Positions 1 to 13,137 of a DNA stretch of 64,000 nt are shown one piece after another; within the stretch, counting starts at the first letter, position 1, and each line of letters begins with the position of its first letter. A model generated the notes under the pieces. That model saw nothing but the letters and a program-made list of their open reading frames with translations. It ran no database searches and was not told the DNA's origin. Origin of the DNA: an uncultured Chloroflexia bacterium. Lineage in GTDB: Bacteria; Chloroflexota; Limnocylindria; Limnocylindrales; CSP1-4. The translations under genes were made by a program, and so were the position numbers. The stretch spans positions 1,131,599-1,195,598 of the forward strand of contig CAWFCG010000003.1 of NCBI GenBank assembly GCA_963814315.1, read 5' to 3'.

Positions 1-1
1 C

Positions 2-628
2 CTCAAGCGCGTCCGCCAGTCCCATCGCCGCAACGTCATCCTTCAGCCCCGACGCACCGCCGCCAAGACACAGGTGAAGAATGCGCTGCTCACCGCTGAG
101 AGCGGCGATGCCGAGGCCACGCAGAAGGCCGTGGCAGCCGCGGCTTCGGCCCTCGATCGCGCGGCCAAGGTCGGCGCCATCCATCCCAACAACGCCGCAC
201 GCCGCAAGAGCCGGCTGATGCTCCGCGCCAATGCTGCGCTGGGTGGACAGTCCGCGACCGCCGCCAGCAAGCCACAGCGCCAGGTCGGCAAGGCCGCTGC
301 CGCCAAGGCCGCCAAGACCCGCATCGCCGCCGGCAAGGCCTCCAAAGCCAAGGGCGAGCAGACGGCTGCCGGCAAGGCTCGCGCCGCCCTGAGCAAGTCG
401 GCCCGCTCCTCCGAGGCCAAGCCCGCCACCACGGCAGCCGCGGCTGAAGCGACGACCACGACCACCAAGAAGGCCGCCGCCAAGCCGAGCGCCAAGACGA
501 CGGCGGCCAAGACGACGGCGGCCAAGAAGACCGCGGCGAAGAAGGCTCCGGCCAAGAAGTCGACTGCCGCCAAGAAGCCGGCGGCCAAGAAAGCTCCGGC
601 CAAGAAGACCACCAAGAAGGCGGAGTAG
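2..628 (+). CDS. rpsT: 30S ribosomal protein S20, 5' end cut by the window edge, with a ~125-aa Lys/Ala/Thr-rich C-terminal tail
   Basis: The frame of ORF 74..628 stays open back to nt 2 and reads [30 protein letters not shown], the S20 N-terminal signature. The core ends near [13 protein letters not shown], then AKK/TAAK repeats run to the TAG at 626-628. Confidence 0.85.
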   Translation, partial: LKRVRQSHRRNVILQPRRTAAKTQVKNALLTAESGDAEATQKAVAAAASALDRAAKVGAIHPNNAARRKSRLMLRANAALGGQSATAASKPQRQVGKAAAAKAAKTRIAAGKASKAKGEQTAAGKARAALSKSARSSEAKPATTAAAAEATTTTTKKAAAKPSAKTTAAKTTAAKKTAAKKAPAKKSTAAKKPAAKKAPAKKTTKKAE

Positions 629-663
629 CCGGCGGCCGCTCCCCCTGCGCCTCAACAGCCCGG

Positions 664-700
664 AAGCGGCGGCTCGAGCGATCGACCGCCGCTTTTGTGT
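664..700 (+). terminator. Intrinsic terminator downstream of rpsT
   Basis: AAGCGGCGG (664-672) pairs with CCGCCGCTT (686-694) around a 13-nt loop, followed by TTTGTGTT. Confidence 0.6.
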
Positions 701-1148
701 TCCCCGCAGGCCCGCTCTTCTCGACGGACCACATGTCGTTTGCCGGCATGGTTGACAAGTCGTCCGATCAGCGCGCCGCGACGTTTCCTCAGCCCCGCAC
801 AGACCAGACACTCGACGAGATGGTCGAGAAGTCGATCGTCTGTCGAGCGGCCGCCCCGTCCCCCTGGCACAGGCCGACCGTCCTCTTGGAGCGCACGAAC
901 CTCGCAGTGGTGGCTCCCGGCCACCTGCCAGGCACCACAAGTCCATCGACCCTATGCGCGGCGTCTGCTTGTTGCGGATGAAACGAGCGATCGAGCTGTT
1001 GACCGGCCGCCAAACCCTTGTTCGTCCGGGGGAAATAGACGAACAAGCCCCGAACCGAGGGGGAATGGGACGGACCCGCCCTCTGGGCCACGTTGGCGGT
1101 GGGAACGTCCGCTCGAAGCGGACGCACCGCCACGCCAGACGCTGGCAG

Positions 1149-1709
1149 CTACTTGGTAGCAGCGAGGTAGGCCGCGACCTGCGCTGGCGGCGGAGGTTCA
1201 CGCACCGCCCGCCAGCTGGCCGCGACGAGTGCCCCGCCGATTGTCAGCAGCGTGAGCAGCAGGACGGTCTCGCCCTGCCAGCGCCAGACCGCCGACTCGA
1301 ACGAGGCAGCATCGGTGATGCCGTCGGCGACCAGGTCCTCTGGGTTGCCCTCGTCAAGGAAACGCATGTAGGTGCACTCGGGCCCGGTGGCGCAGTCGAT
1401 CTGGCCGCCCATGGTCTCGGGTCGGTAGCCCGAGTCGGCATAGATGAAGAGCAGTCGCAGCGCCACGTACATCAGCGCCAGACTCAAGCCGGTGACCGTA
1501 CCGGCGAAGGCGGCGTTGGTGAAGAGCCGCCAGCGGGGACGCCAGCGCAGCGACTTGTCATTGGCGTAGTAGCCGATGATGAGCCCGGCGAACGGCGCCG
1601 AGATGAAGACCAGCGCCTGGATGGCGATGACCAGCTCGAAGCTGATAGCGATGGTGACGGCCATGCCCAGGCCGACCATGGCCGCATAGATGGCACCACG
1701 GTCAAGCAC
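1149..1709 (-). CDS. Integral membrane protein of unknown function (start uncertain)
   Basis: ORF 1149..1904 has several hydrophobic segments and high GC3 below ~1680. Its 5' end overlaps eno, so a later start is needed. GTG 1709 has GAGGG about 8 nt upstream; alternatives are ATG 1679, GTG 1790 and TTG 1832. Confidence 0.55.
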   Translation of the reverse strand: MLDRGAIYAAMVGLGMAVTIAISFELVIAIQALVFISAPFAGLIIGYYANDKSLRWRPRWRLFTNAAFAGTVTGLSLALMYVALRLLFIYADSGYRPETMGGQIDCATGPECTYMRFLDEGNPEDLVADGITDAASFESAVWRWQGETVLLLTLLTIGGALVAASWRAVREPPPPAQVAAYLAATK

Positions 1710-1842
1710 CCGACCCTCACCGGATCGGGTGCTTTCCGTTACATCTTCCTCAAGCCCGGCATCCTCGACCGGTTGCCCGGTCGAATCCACCTGCGGCCCG
1801 GCCTCGTCGGTACGAGGGCCCTGGATTGTCAAGCGGCGACGG

Positions 1843-4352
<2,510 letters not shown>

Positions 4353-4385
4353 GGTGGTGCCTGTATCCGTTCGGTCGGCCGACGC

Positions 4386-5513
<1,128 letters not shown>

Positions 5514-6581
5514 CTATTTGGTGGCGTCCGCCGACACTGCGGCCGCGCCATGATGGTCCCTGCCGGCCGTCAAGTCCGGCAGGGCCGATGCGACGAGAGG
5601 TACCGTGCCGATAAGCCCCACGTCGTCACCCAGGGCCGCCTGCACGACTCGCGCACGCTCGCCCTGGATCCTGAACGCCGACTCAGCCACGGCTTTCCTG
5701 GCCGGCGCGATCAGCTTGTCCCCCCACGCGAGCGTGATACCACCGCCAAGGATGACCGCATCCGGGCCGAAGACGTTGACGATGGAGACCACCGCCACAG
5801 CCACAGCCCGTCGGGCACGCTCAAGTATGACGCCTGCGGCCGGATCGCCCAAGTCGGCCGCTCGGGAGACGTGGACCGCGGTCAGCGGCGCTGGAGCGAT
5901 CTGGGCCACGATGCGCGCCAGCTCGGGTGCATCTTCACCGGCTTCGAGCGCAGCGAGGGCGTTGGCGACGATGCCGGTACCGCTGGCGAACGCCTCCAAG
6001 TGGCCAACACCGCCACAGCCGCAGAGCGGCCCATTCATGTCCACCGTCATGTGGCCCAGCTCACCCGCGACACCATCAGGGCCGACGATGGGGCGCCCGC
6101 CACTCAGCGCCGCGCCGCCGACGCCGGTCGAGATGGTCAGGTAGATGAGGTCGCCACTACCTCCACCGGCGCCAAAGTCACGCTCGCCAAGGATGTTGAC
6201 GTTGGTGTCCTTGCCCAGCGCCCAGGGCAGGCCCAGCGCAGCACCGATGGTCGGGGCCAACGGATAGCCCCACCACTCACCGCGCAGGTTGGGCGGATCG
6301 ATGAGCGTCCCGGTACGGGGGTCCAGCGGGCCGGGCGCAGCGATGCCGACGGCGATCGGCTCGGCCCCACCGGCGGCGAGGTGTTCGGCACGAGCTTCAC
6401 GCAGCAGCTCCAGGCAGTAGTCGATGACCGCCGACATGCCGGCAGCCATGGGTGTCGACCCAGCATGGCGAACCGTGAGCTCACCCTCAGGGGTGACCAC
6501 CGCGGCGCGCGCGTTGGTGCCACCAAGGTCCAACGCCAATACTGGTCCGCGAAGGCGCGCACGTGAGAAGTCGGTCGACAT
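5514..6581 (-). CDS. ROK-family glucokinase / sugar kinase
   Basis: LALDLGGTNARAAVV ATP-binding motif and a CGCGGVGHLE zinc motif. I chose the start at MSTDFSRARL (ATG 6581); the longer ORF extension to 6749 is Arg/Pro-rich with no homology-like sequence. Confidence 0.85.
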   Translation of the reverse strand: MSTDFSRARLRGPVLALDLGGTNARAAVVTPEGELTVRHAGSTPMAAGMSAVIDYCLELLREARAEHLAAGGAEPIAVGIAAPGPLDPRTGTLIDPPNLRGEWWGYPLAPTIGAALGLPWALGKDTNVNILGERDFGAGGGSGDLIYLTISTGVGGAALSGGRPIVGPDGVAGELGHMTVDMNGPLCGCGGVGHLEAFASGTGIVANALAALEAGEDAPELARIVAQIAPAPLTAVHVSRAADLGDPAAGVILERARRAVAVAVVSIVNVFGPDAVILGGGITLAWGDKLIAPARKAVAESAFRIQGERARVVQAALGDDVGLIGTVPLVASALPDLTAGRDHHGAAAVSADATK

Positions 6582-6681
6582 GGATGGATCTCGTGGCTGT
6601 TCGGTCAGCCACCAGTCTAGAGATAGCAAGTGACCCCGGTCGGGTCGACCGGGGTCACGAGTTCGCGTCAGAGAGAAGGAG

Positions 6682-6822
6682 TCAGCCGCCGATGCGGAAG
6701 ACGCTGCCCCCACACTTGGGGCACGTGCCCTTGGTCGCGGGCTTGCCATTCTTCATGGTGATCTTCTGCGGGTTCTGGATCTCGACCTTCTGCTTGTCCT
6801 TGACGCAATATGCCTCGGCCAT
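6682..6822 (-). CDS. Small (46 aa) zinc-ribbon-like protein, DUF5679-like; not in the supplied ORF track
   Basis: MAEAYCVKDKQKVEIQNPQKITMKNGKPATKGTCPKCGGSVFRIGG. ATG at 6822 is preceded by GGAGGATAGGAGG; TGA at 6682-6684. Matches my memory of the small CxxC...CxxC DUF5679 proteins. Confidence 0.7.
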   Translation of the reverse strand: MAEAYCVKDKQKVEIQNPQKITMKNGKPATKGTCPKCGGSVFRIGG

Positions 6823-6930
6823 CTTGGTCCTCCTATCCCTCCGAGCGTGAGATGGTGCTCGGTTCCCTCGTGGGCTCGATCATCTGCCGAGCCTCGGTGG
6901 TGAACAGCGGTGTTGCCATTCCTGACTCTA

Positions 6931-7788
6931 TTAGGTTGCCATCTTCGGCGCCCAGTGTGAGGGACGCCAGTGCAACTCGCCTGAACGAACCTGTTGTGCG
7001 TCCATCTCGGCGAGCACATGCAGGGCCTCCAGGCCCGTTTCGATGAGGCCGGCCTCCGCCGCAGCCTGCTGGTCCGCGGTCACGAAGGCGCCGCTGGTGC
7101 GCTGTGCGAAGGCCGTGCACACAACGCCCGCGCGACAGCCAGCCAAGGCCGCCAGCGTCAACACGGCCGACGCTTCCATCTCGAAGTTGACCACGCCCTG
7201 CGCGGCCATGCGCGCGGCGAGATCAGGGTAGCGGATGGGCAGTTGCGGGATGGGCCGACCCTGCGGCCCGTAGAAGCCCGGTGCGGTGGCGGTCAGACCC
7301 ACATGGGCGCGCTGGCCTGTGCGAGCCGCCGCCTCCACCAGGGCCGCCACGGCGGCGTAGTCGGCCACCGCTGGATAGCCGTCATCGACGTAGAAGCTGG
7401 TCGTCGATTCAAGGCGGACCGCGCCACTGCTGATGACCAGGTCGCCCAGGGCGATCTCCTCACGCAGCACACCACAGGAACCGATGCGGATGAAGGTCGG
7501 TTTGCGCGCCGCGATGGCCAGGATCTCGGCGATCACGATCTCGACGTTGTCGGTGCCGATCCCGGTAGCCACGACGGAGATGCGCAGGCCCTTGTGCGTG
7601 CCGGTCACGGAGTTGAACTCACGATGGCGCCGGTGCACCTCGACAGCGTCGAGCAGGCCGGCGATGAAGTCGCTGCGATCGGGATCGCCGGGGAGCAGGA
7701 TGTAATCAGCGATCTCGCCGGGAGCGAGGTCGATGTGGTACTGGCGGTCCGTGTCGGGCAGCGTGACCAGCGGGTCCGCGTCAGGCAC
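6931..7788 (-). CDS. Nucleoside phosphorylase, PNP_UDP_1 family (uridine phosphorylase-like)
   Basis: LPGDPDRSDFIAG, VVATGIGTDNVEIV and NFEMEAS blocks. GTG 7788 is preceded by GAAGGAGG 4 nt upstream. Confidence 0.8.
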   Translation of the reverse strand: MPDADPLVTLPDTDRQYHIDLAPGEIADYILLPGDPDRSDFIAGLLDAVEVHRRHREFNSVTGTHKGLRISVVATGIGTDNVEIVIAEILAIAARKPTFIRIGSCGVLREEIALGDLVISSGAVRLESTTSFYVDDGYPAVADYAAVAALVEAAARTGQRAHVGLTATAPGFYGPQGRPIPQLPIRYPDLAARMAAQGVVNFEMEASAVLTLAALAGCRAGVVCTAFAQRTSGAFVTADQQAAAEAGLIETGLEALHVLAEMDAQQVRSGELHWRPSHWAPKMAT

Positions 7789-8000
7789 GACGCCTCCTTC
7801 GTTCCACCTCGGCCGGCGCGAGGGCTGCGCGGAACGATAGTGACCGGCGAGCGAGCGTGCAAGTCGGATTCTCAAGCCGGTGGTCAGGGCCTCTCCCGGT
7901 CAGCCGTCCTGGACTGCCTCGCATAGCGGCCCTGTGGCTCCCGGTTCGGTCGTCCCGACCTCCCCCTGTCGACCGTCCGCGGAGCGCCTACGATGACAGC

Positions 8001-8591
8001 ATGGTTGACCAGTACCCGAGTCTCGCCGCCATCCTCGATGAGCACCTCGCGGTCGCCTCTGCGACACGCGCGCACCTGCTCCCTGCCATCGCCGGGCTGG
8101 CTGCCGACATCATCGCGGCCGTCGATGGCGCCGGCAAGCTCATCGTGTTCGGCAACGGCGGAAGTGCGGCCGACGCGCAACACTTCGCAGGTGAACTCAC
8201 GGGGCATTACAAGCGCGACCGACGACCATTGCCGGCCATCGCCCTGACCACGGACTCGTCGGTGCTGACCGCCATCGCCAACGACTACAGCTACGCGGAT
8301 GTGTTCGCACGCCAGGTCGAGGCGCTTTGTGGGACGGCCGACGTGGTGGTTGGTATCAGCACCTCAGGCAATGCCGAGAACGTCATCCGGGGCATCGTCG
8401 CGGCGCGCCAGCGAGGTGCGTCCACGTGGGCGCTGACGGGCGCCAACGCCGGGCAACTGGCTGCGGTGGCCGAGCACGTCATGCCTGTGCCGTCCGACGC
8501 CACGGCACGCATCCAGGAGATGCACATCACCATCATCCACGCTGTCTCGGAGCTGGTGGATGCCCATGCTGCCGGTGAGGCACCGACCTGA
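8001..8591 (+). CDS. gmhA: SIS-domain D-sedoheptulose-7-phosphate isomerase (GmhA/DiaA family)
   Basis: FGNGGSAADAQHFAGEL, GISTSGNAENV and TARIQEMHITIIH motifs. Start taken at MVDQYPSL (ATG 8001). Confidence 0.8.
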   Translation: MVDQYPSLAAILDEHLAVASATRAHLLPAIAGLAADIIAAVDGAGKLIVFGNGGSAADAQHFAGELTGHYKRDRRPLPAIALTTDSSVLTAIANDYSYADVFARQVEALCGTADVVVGISTSGNAENVIRGIVAARQRGASTWALTGANAGQLAAVAEHVMPVPSDATARIQEMHITIIHAVSELVDAHAAGEAPT

Positions 8592-8607
8592 GCCCGCACC
8601 ACCCATC

Positions 8608-9693
8608 TCAGTAGAGCCGGTAGAAACGCCAGAAGTCGGTCTCGATGGGCAGGACCTCGATGTCCTCAAAGCCGGCCTCGCGCGCGTATCGACGGAGCGT
8701 GTCGGGCCGCATGACCGTGCCCGTTCCCACCGAGTGCCCCTGTGACATGCCATCGGGCAGGCAGATGAAATTGGAGAACCCGTACATCAGGTGCTCGATC
8801 TCGTCAGCGTTGGGCGAGAACGACTCGGAGACGCGCTCGTCCATCACTACCACCAGGCCGTCGTCCCCGGCCAGCCGCTTCATCGTGCGCAGGACCGAGA
8901 CCGGGTCGGGCAAGTCATGGATGCACTCGAAAGCGGTGACCAGGTCGTAGCAGCCTTCGATCGAGGGGTCGCCCGCATCCGTGGCGTGGAAGCGGACCCG
9001 ATCCGAGACCCCGGCCTCCTTGGCATTGGTGACTGCGGCGGCGATCGATGGCTCGTCGAGATCGAAGCCGTCCACTTCCACACTCGGGTAGCCTCGCGCC
9101 AGAGCGATGGCCGACCAGCCGTAGCCACAACCGACGTCCGCCACGCGACCGCCTGCCCGCAGACGCTGGGCGATGGGCTCGATGCGGCCGAACCACTCCT
9201 CCGCCAGCAGGTTGTGGAAGAAGGGGCGGTTCATGTCGCCCTGCGACTCGCGCATGTCGTGGCCGAAGGCGTCCCAAGGTACGCCCGAGCCTTGACGATG
9301 CGCTTCGGCGATGTCCTCGAGCTTGGCACCGGCGGCCGAGATCATGCGCGCTAGCGGTGCGACGTAGGCGATGCTGGTGTGGTCCGTCAGCGCCTCGATG
9401 TGAGCGGCAGGGAGGGAGAACCGGCGCGGCTCATCCACGGCGGCATGAAGGTAGCCGGCCACGGCCTGCAACTCCAGCCACTCGCGGGTATAGCGCTCGC
9501 TGGTGCCGGCGTGCCGTGCCAGCTCAGATGGCGTCAGCGGCCCATGCTCGGCTAGCTGGTCGTAGTAGCCGAGCCTGTCGCCGATGTAGATCGCGAACAC
9601 GTCGAGCGTGCCCAAGATCGACTCGAAGACCTTCTCGCCAATCCCATCGGGCGAGGCTGCAGCGGCAGTGTCACGTACGTCGGGGGTCGGCAT
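8608..9693 (-). CDS. Class I SAM-dependent methyltransferase with an N-terminal winged-helix-like domain
   Basis: VADVGCGYGW SAM-binding motif I and downstream motifs, 361 aa. Confidence 0.75.
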   Translation of the reverse strand: MPTPDVRDTAAAASPDGIGEKVFESILGTLDVFAIYIGDRLGYYDQLAEHGPLTPSELARHAGTSERYTREWLELQAVAGYLHAAVDEPRRFSLPAAHIEALTDHTSIAYVAPLARMISAAGAKLEDIAEAHRQGSGVPWDAFGHDMRESQGDMNRPFFHNLLAEEWFGRIEPIAQRLRAGGRVADVGCGYGWSAIALARGYPSVEVDGFDLDEPSIAAAVTNAKEAGVSDRVRFHATDAGDPSIEGCYDLVTAFECIHDLPDPVSVLRTMKRLAGDDGLVVVMDERVSESFSPNADEIEHLMYGFSNFICLPDGMSQGHSVGTGTVMRPDTLRRYAREAGFEDIEVLPIETDFWRFYRLY

Positions 9694-9804
9694 GTGGCTC
9701 CTCTCAGTTCGAAGTGCCCCCCGATACGGGTGACTCTACTCCCCAGTGCCACACGTGGACCAGCCACGCACACGACCAAGAAGAGCGCCGAGCAGCCGAC
9801 CTGT

Positions 9805-10668
9805 TCAGTCGGTAGGCCCGTCCAGACCGGGCTGATGCCGCGCTCCGACCATGTACTCCACGATCTCGGTCGTGTTGGTCTCGCTCGTGGCCACCTCTGC
9901 CACCTTTCGGCCGCGGTGCATGACGATGATGCGGTCGGTGGCAGCGAAGACGTCGGGCAGTGTGTGCGAGATGAAGACGACCGGCACTCCTTGTGATTTG
10001 AGCGTACCGATGAGCTGCATGACCTTGCGCTGCTCGGGCACACCGAGGTTGTTGGTGGGCTCGTCCATGATCATCATCTGCGCGTTCCAATAGACCGCGC
10101 GGGCGATCGCGACCGCCTGGCGCTGACCACCCGACAGCTTCTCGATCTCCAGCTTCATGCGTGGGATCTTGATGTCCAGGCTGTCGAGGACCTCGGTCGA
10201 CTCGGCACGCATCTTCTTGTCATCCAGGGACTTGACGGTCCCGAAGAGGTAGCGGTTCTTGAGCTCGCGACCGAGGAAGATGTTGGCCGCCACATCCAGA
10301 TTGCCCGCCAGAGCCAGATCCTGGTAGATCGTCTCGATACCAGCGCGACGCGCTTCGATGGGGCGCGAGAAGCGAACCTGCTCGCCCTTGAAGATGATGC
10401 GGCCAGCGTCGGGATGATAGACACCCGAGACGCACTTGATGAGCGTGGACTTGCCGGCGCCGTTGTCACCGACGAGGCCGACGACCTCGCCGGGGTAGAT
10501 ATCCAGGCTGACGTCATCGACGGCGGTCAGGCCGCCGAAGCGCTTGACCATGTTGCGCACCGAGAGGGCAGGGTCACCGTCTGGCACAGGCGCCGGCCCC
10601 GATCCGGTGGTCATGGCGGACCCCCCGGGCTGCTCCATGCCAGACCCCTCGAATAGCTGCTGCGTCAT
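9805..10668 (-). CDS. Sugar ABC transporter ATP-binding protein (single NBD)
   Basis: Walker A GDNGAGKST, signature LSGGQRQ, Walker B MMIMDEP. 4-nt overlap with the upstream permease gene. Confidence 0.9.
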   Translation of the reverse strand: MTQQLFEGSGMEQPGGSAMTTGSGPAPVPDGDPALSVRNMVKRFGGLTAVDDVSLDIYPGEVVGLVGDNGAGKSTLIKCVSGVYHPDAGRIIFKGEQVRFSRPIEARRAGIETIYQDLALAGNLDVAANIFLGRELKNRYLFGTVKSLDDKKMRAESTEVLDSLDIKIPRMKLEIEKLSGGQRQAVAIARAVYWNAQMMIMDEPTNNLGVPEQRKVMQLIGTLKSQGVPVVFISHTLPDVFAATDRIIVMHRGRKVAEVATSETNTTEIVEYMVGARHQPGLDGPTD

Positions 10669-11801
10669 TGGCTTTCCGCCCTCCCGACGACCAGGTCACG
10701 TGTCTGATCGATAAGCACCGCCAGGATGACTACGATCCCGATGACGATGAACTGCCAGAACGGCTCCACATTGAGCATCACGAGGCCGGTGATGAGGACC
10801 GCGATGAGTAACGCGCCGATGACCGTGCCCATGATGTTGCCGCGGCCGCCGAACATGGACACACCGCCGATGATCACCGCTGCGATCGATGACAGTAGCA
10901 ATGGTTCACCCGCGATCGATGAGCCACCGCTGAACCTGGCAGTGTGCAGGACGCCGGCGATACCTGCGGTCATGGCCGAGCCCATGAAGATCATGATGGT
11001 GAGCTTGTCGACCGGGACGCCAGCACGAAGGGACGCTTCCTTGTTGCCACCGACCGCGTAGGTGTGGCGCCCTGGCTGCGTGCGATGCAGGATGAAGATG
11101 GCGATGAGCACGACGATGGCGGTGACCACGACGGGCCAGCTGAAGATGCGATCGAGTCCACGCAATGCTTCACCTGCCACATCGGGCTTGTTGAGGAAGT
11201 GCAGACCACCTTGCTCGTGTCCTGCGACGTAGTAGAAGAGCGACTCGTTGCCGAACGTGCGCATGCCGCCGGGTTGACTGCCCACGACATTTCCGCCGGA
11301 GATCAACAGGGCTACACCGCGAGCCACGAATGACATGCCCAGCGTGACGATGAAGGCGGGCACCTTGAGCTTGGCGATGGTGACACCGTTGATCACGCCC
11401 ACGACCATGGCCGCCAGCACGCCGATCACGAAGGCGATGGCGATGGTCGGTGCGTCACCCATGCCCCCGGCCGAGAGGTCGCGCGCGACGTATGCGCTGA
11501 CGACCGAGGCCAAGCCCATCACCCAGCCCACCGAGAGATCGATGCCGCCGGAGATGATGACGAACGTCTGCCCCAGGCCCATCAGCAAGACGGGTGTGAT
11601 GGCCACCAGCACGTTCATGGTGTTGCGCAGCGAGAGGAAGTTCACCTCGCCGTCGGTGGTGTAGCTGACCGAGATCCAGAAGAACGCGATCAGGCCCGCC
11701 AGGAACACCCAGGCCCAGACGCGGCTGATGGTCAGGATCAGCTGGGTTCGCCTATTGGCTCGTGGTTCGAGCGGCGCGGCCGCTTCGAGATTGGACGCCA
11801 T
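10665..11801 (-). CDS. Sugar ABC transporter permease (RbsC/AraH-type)
   Basis: 378 aa, about 10 hydrophobic helices, typical monosaccharide-importer permease sequence. Confidence 0.85.
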   Translation of the reverse strand: MASNLEAAAPLEPRANRRTQLILTISRVWAWVFLAGLIAFFWISVSYTTDGEVNFLSLRNTMNVLVAITPVLLMGLGQTFVIISGGIDLSVGWVMGLASVVSAYVARDLSAGGMGDAPTIAIAFVIGVLAAMVVGVINGVTIAKLKVPAFIVTLGMSFVARGVALLISGGNVVGSQPGGMRTFGNESLFYYVAGHEQGGLHFLNKPDVAGEALRGLDRIFSWPVVVTAIVVLIAIFILHRTQPGRHTYAVGGNKEASLRAGVPVDKLTIMIFMGSAMTAGIAGVLHTARFSGGSSIAGEPLLLSSIAAVIIGGVSMFGGRGNIMGTVIGALLIAVLITGLVMLNVEPFWQFIVIGIVVILAVLIDQTRDLVVGRAESQ

Positions 11802-11826
11802 CGATCAACCCCTGTCGGAAGGATTG

Positions 11827-11860
11827 AGCGGCTGGGGGCATCGAAGAGCCCCCAGCCGCT
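11827..11860 (-). other. Intercistronic 12-bp stem-loop between the binding-protein and permease genes
   Basis: AGCGGCTGGGGG (11827-11838) pairs perfectly with CCCCCAGCCGCT (11849-11860) around a 10-nt loop. Confidence 0.6.
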
Positions 11861-11870
11861 AGTCGGTCGG

Positions 11871-12851
11871 TCAGTCGACCTGATAGATGAACTTGGCGAC
11901 CTCGGGGTCGCTACGGTTCTCAGCGTCGATCACGGCAAAGCCGGTCGTGACGCGCGGCGGCAGGCTGGTGACGCCGGCGGCGTCGGCCAGGCAGAAGGCC
12001 ACGCCCATGTAGCCCATGTCGAATGGCTTCTGGGCGATGACCAGGCTCACGACGCCCTCATCCATGAGCTCCATGGCACGCTGCGTCGCGTCGAAGGCGA
12101 TGACGTCTACGACGCCACCGAGACCGGCGTTGACGACGGCGTTGCCGGCACCCTGGGCACTGAATACGTTGACGCCGAAGATGCCGCCCAGGTCAGGCTC
12201 GACCTGCAGCTTGGCAGCCGTCTGCGTCACGGCGGTGTTCTCATCGTCGAGGTTGTAGTCCTCACCGACGATGCTCATGCCGGGGAACTCGGCGAGGCCT
12301 TCCTTGAAGCCCTCGCTGCGCTGCTCGGTCGTGCTCACACCTTCATTGGTGTTCTGGATGTAGGCGGTGCCTTCACCACCGAGGTTGGCTGCCAGTGCGC
12401 GAGCGGCGATGCGGCCACCCTCGACATTGTCCGAGCCGACGTAGGAAAGTGGGAAGGTCACGGGGCCGTTGACGTAGTCGCCATCCCCGAGGAACGTGTC
12501 CACGGTGACGACCTGGATGCCCGCATCGATGGCGGACTGCAGCGGTGCGACCATCTGCTCCTTGTCGGTCGGAGCAGTGACCAGACAATCGATATCACCG
12601 CGGGCGACCATCGAGTCAAGGATGGGCGTCTGGACGGTGGGGCCCCACTCGTCGGGGATCTGGGTGATGACCTCGACGCCGAAGTCGGCCGCGGCCTTCT
12701 CGACACCGAGCTGCATGACCTGGTAGAACGGGTCTACCACGCCGGGAAGGAAGCCGATCTTGGGCTTCTCCGCGTCCTGGCCCGCAACGGCCGCCGGCAG
12801 CATGGCCGCGGTCAGCAGGGCAACGGACGTGATGGTAATCAATCGCTTCAC
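11871..12851 (-). CDS. Sugar ABC transporter substrate-binding protein (PBP type 1, RbsB-like)
   Basis: Signal peptide VKRLITITSVALLTAAMLPAAVAG, then a periplasmic-binding fold sequence. GTG 12851 is preceded by GAGGAGG. Confidence 0.85.
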   Translation of the reverse strand: MKRLITITSVALLTAAMLPAAVAGQDAEKPKIGFLPGVVDPFYQVMQLGVEKAAADFGVEVITQIPDEWGPTVQTPILDSMVARGDIDCLVTAPTDKEQMVAPLQSAIDAGIQVVTVDTFLGDGDYVNGPVTFPLSYVGSDNVEGGRIAARALAANLGGEGTAYIQNTNEGVSTTEQRSEGFKEGLAEFPGMSIVGEDYNLDDENTAVTQTAAKLQVEPDLGGIFGVNVFSAQGAGNAVVNAGLGGVVDVIAFDATQRAMELMDEGVVSLVIAQKPFDMGYMGVAFCLADAAGVTSLPPRVTTGFAVIDAENRSDPEVAKFIYQVD

Positions 12852-13137
12852 GAAGTTCCTCCTCACAGGATCGATGGGTGTCAGATGACACGTGGATGGA
12901 TGACGACCTGGCCGAAGGCACCCTCCTCTCACGCTTCCCTGCCGGCCCCAGCGTCACTGCCCTGACCGGCTTCGTCATCGTCTGCGTCGCGGTGGACCTC
13001 CCTGATACCACCCGGCCGCACACGTTGCCTCTTGACGTATGGTGCAACATGATGACACCGTTGTCAACGTCTGGAGTGACATCGTATGCATCGACCGGCC
13101 GGTGCGGTGCCAACGGCACAAGACGGGCCAGGAGGAC

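Noticed and set aside
697-981. 94-aa ORF downstream of rpsT with moderately high GC3
   Set aside because: It starts inside the rpsT terminator tail, has no RBS and has no recognisable motif. It cannot be supported from sequence alone.
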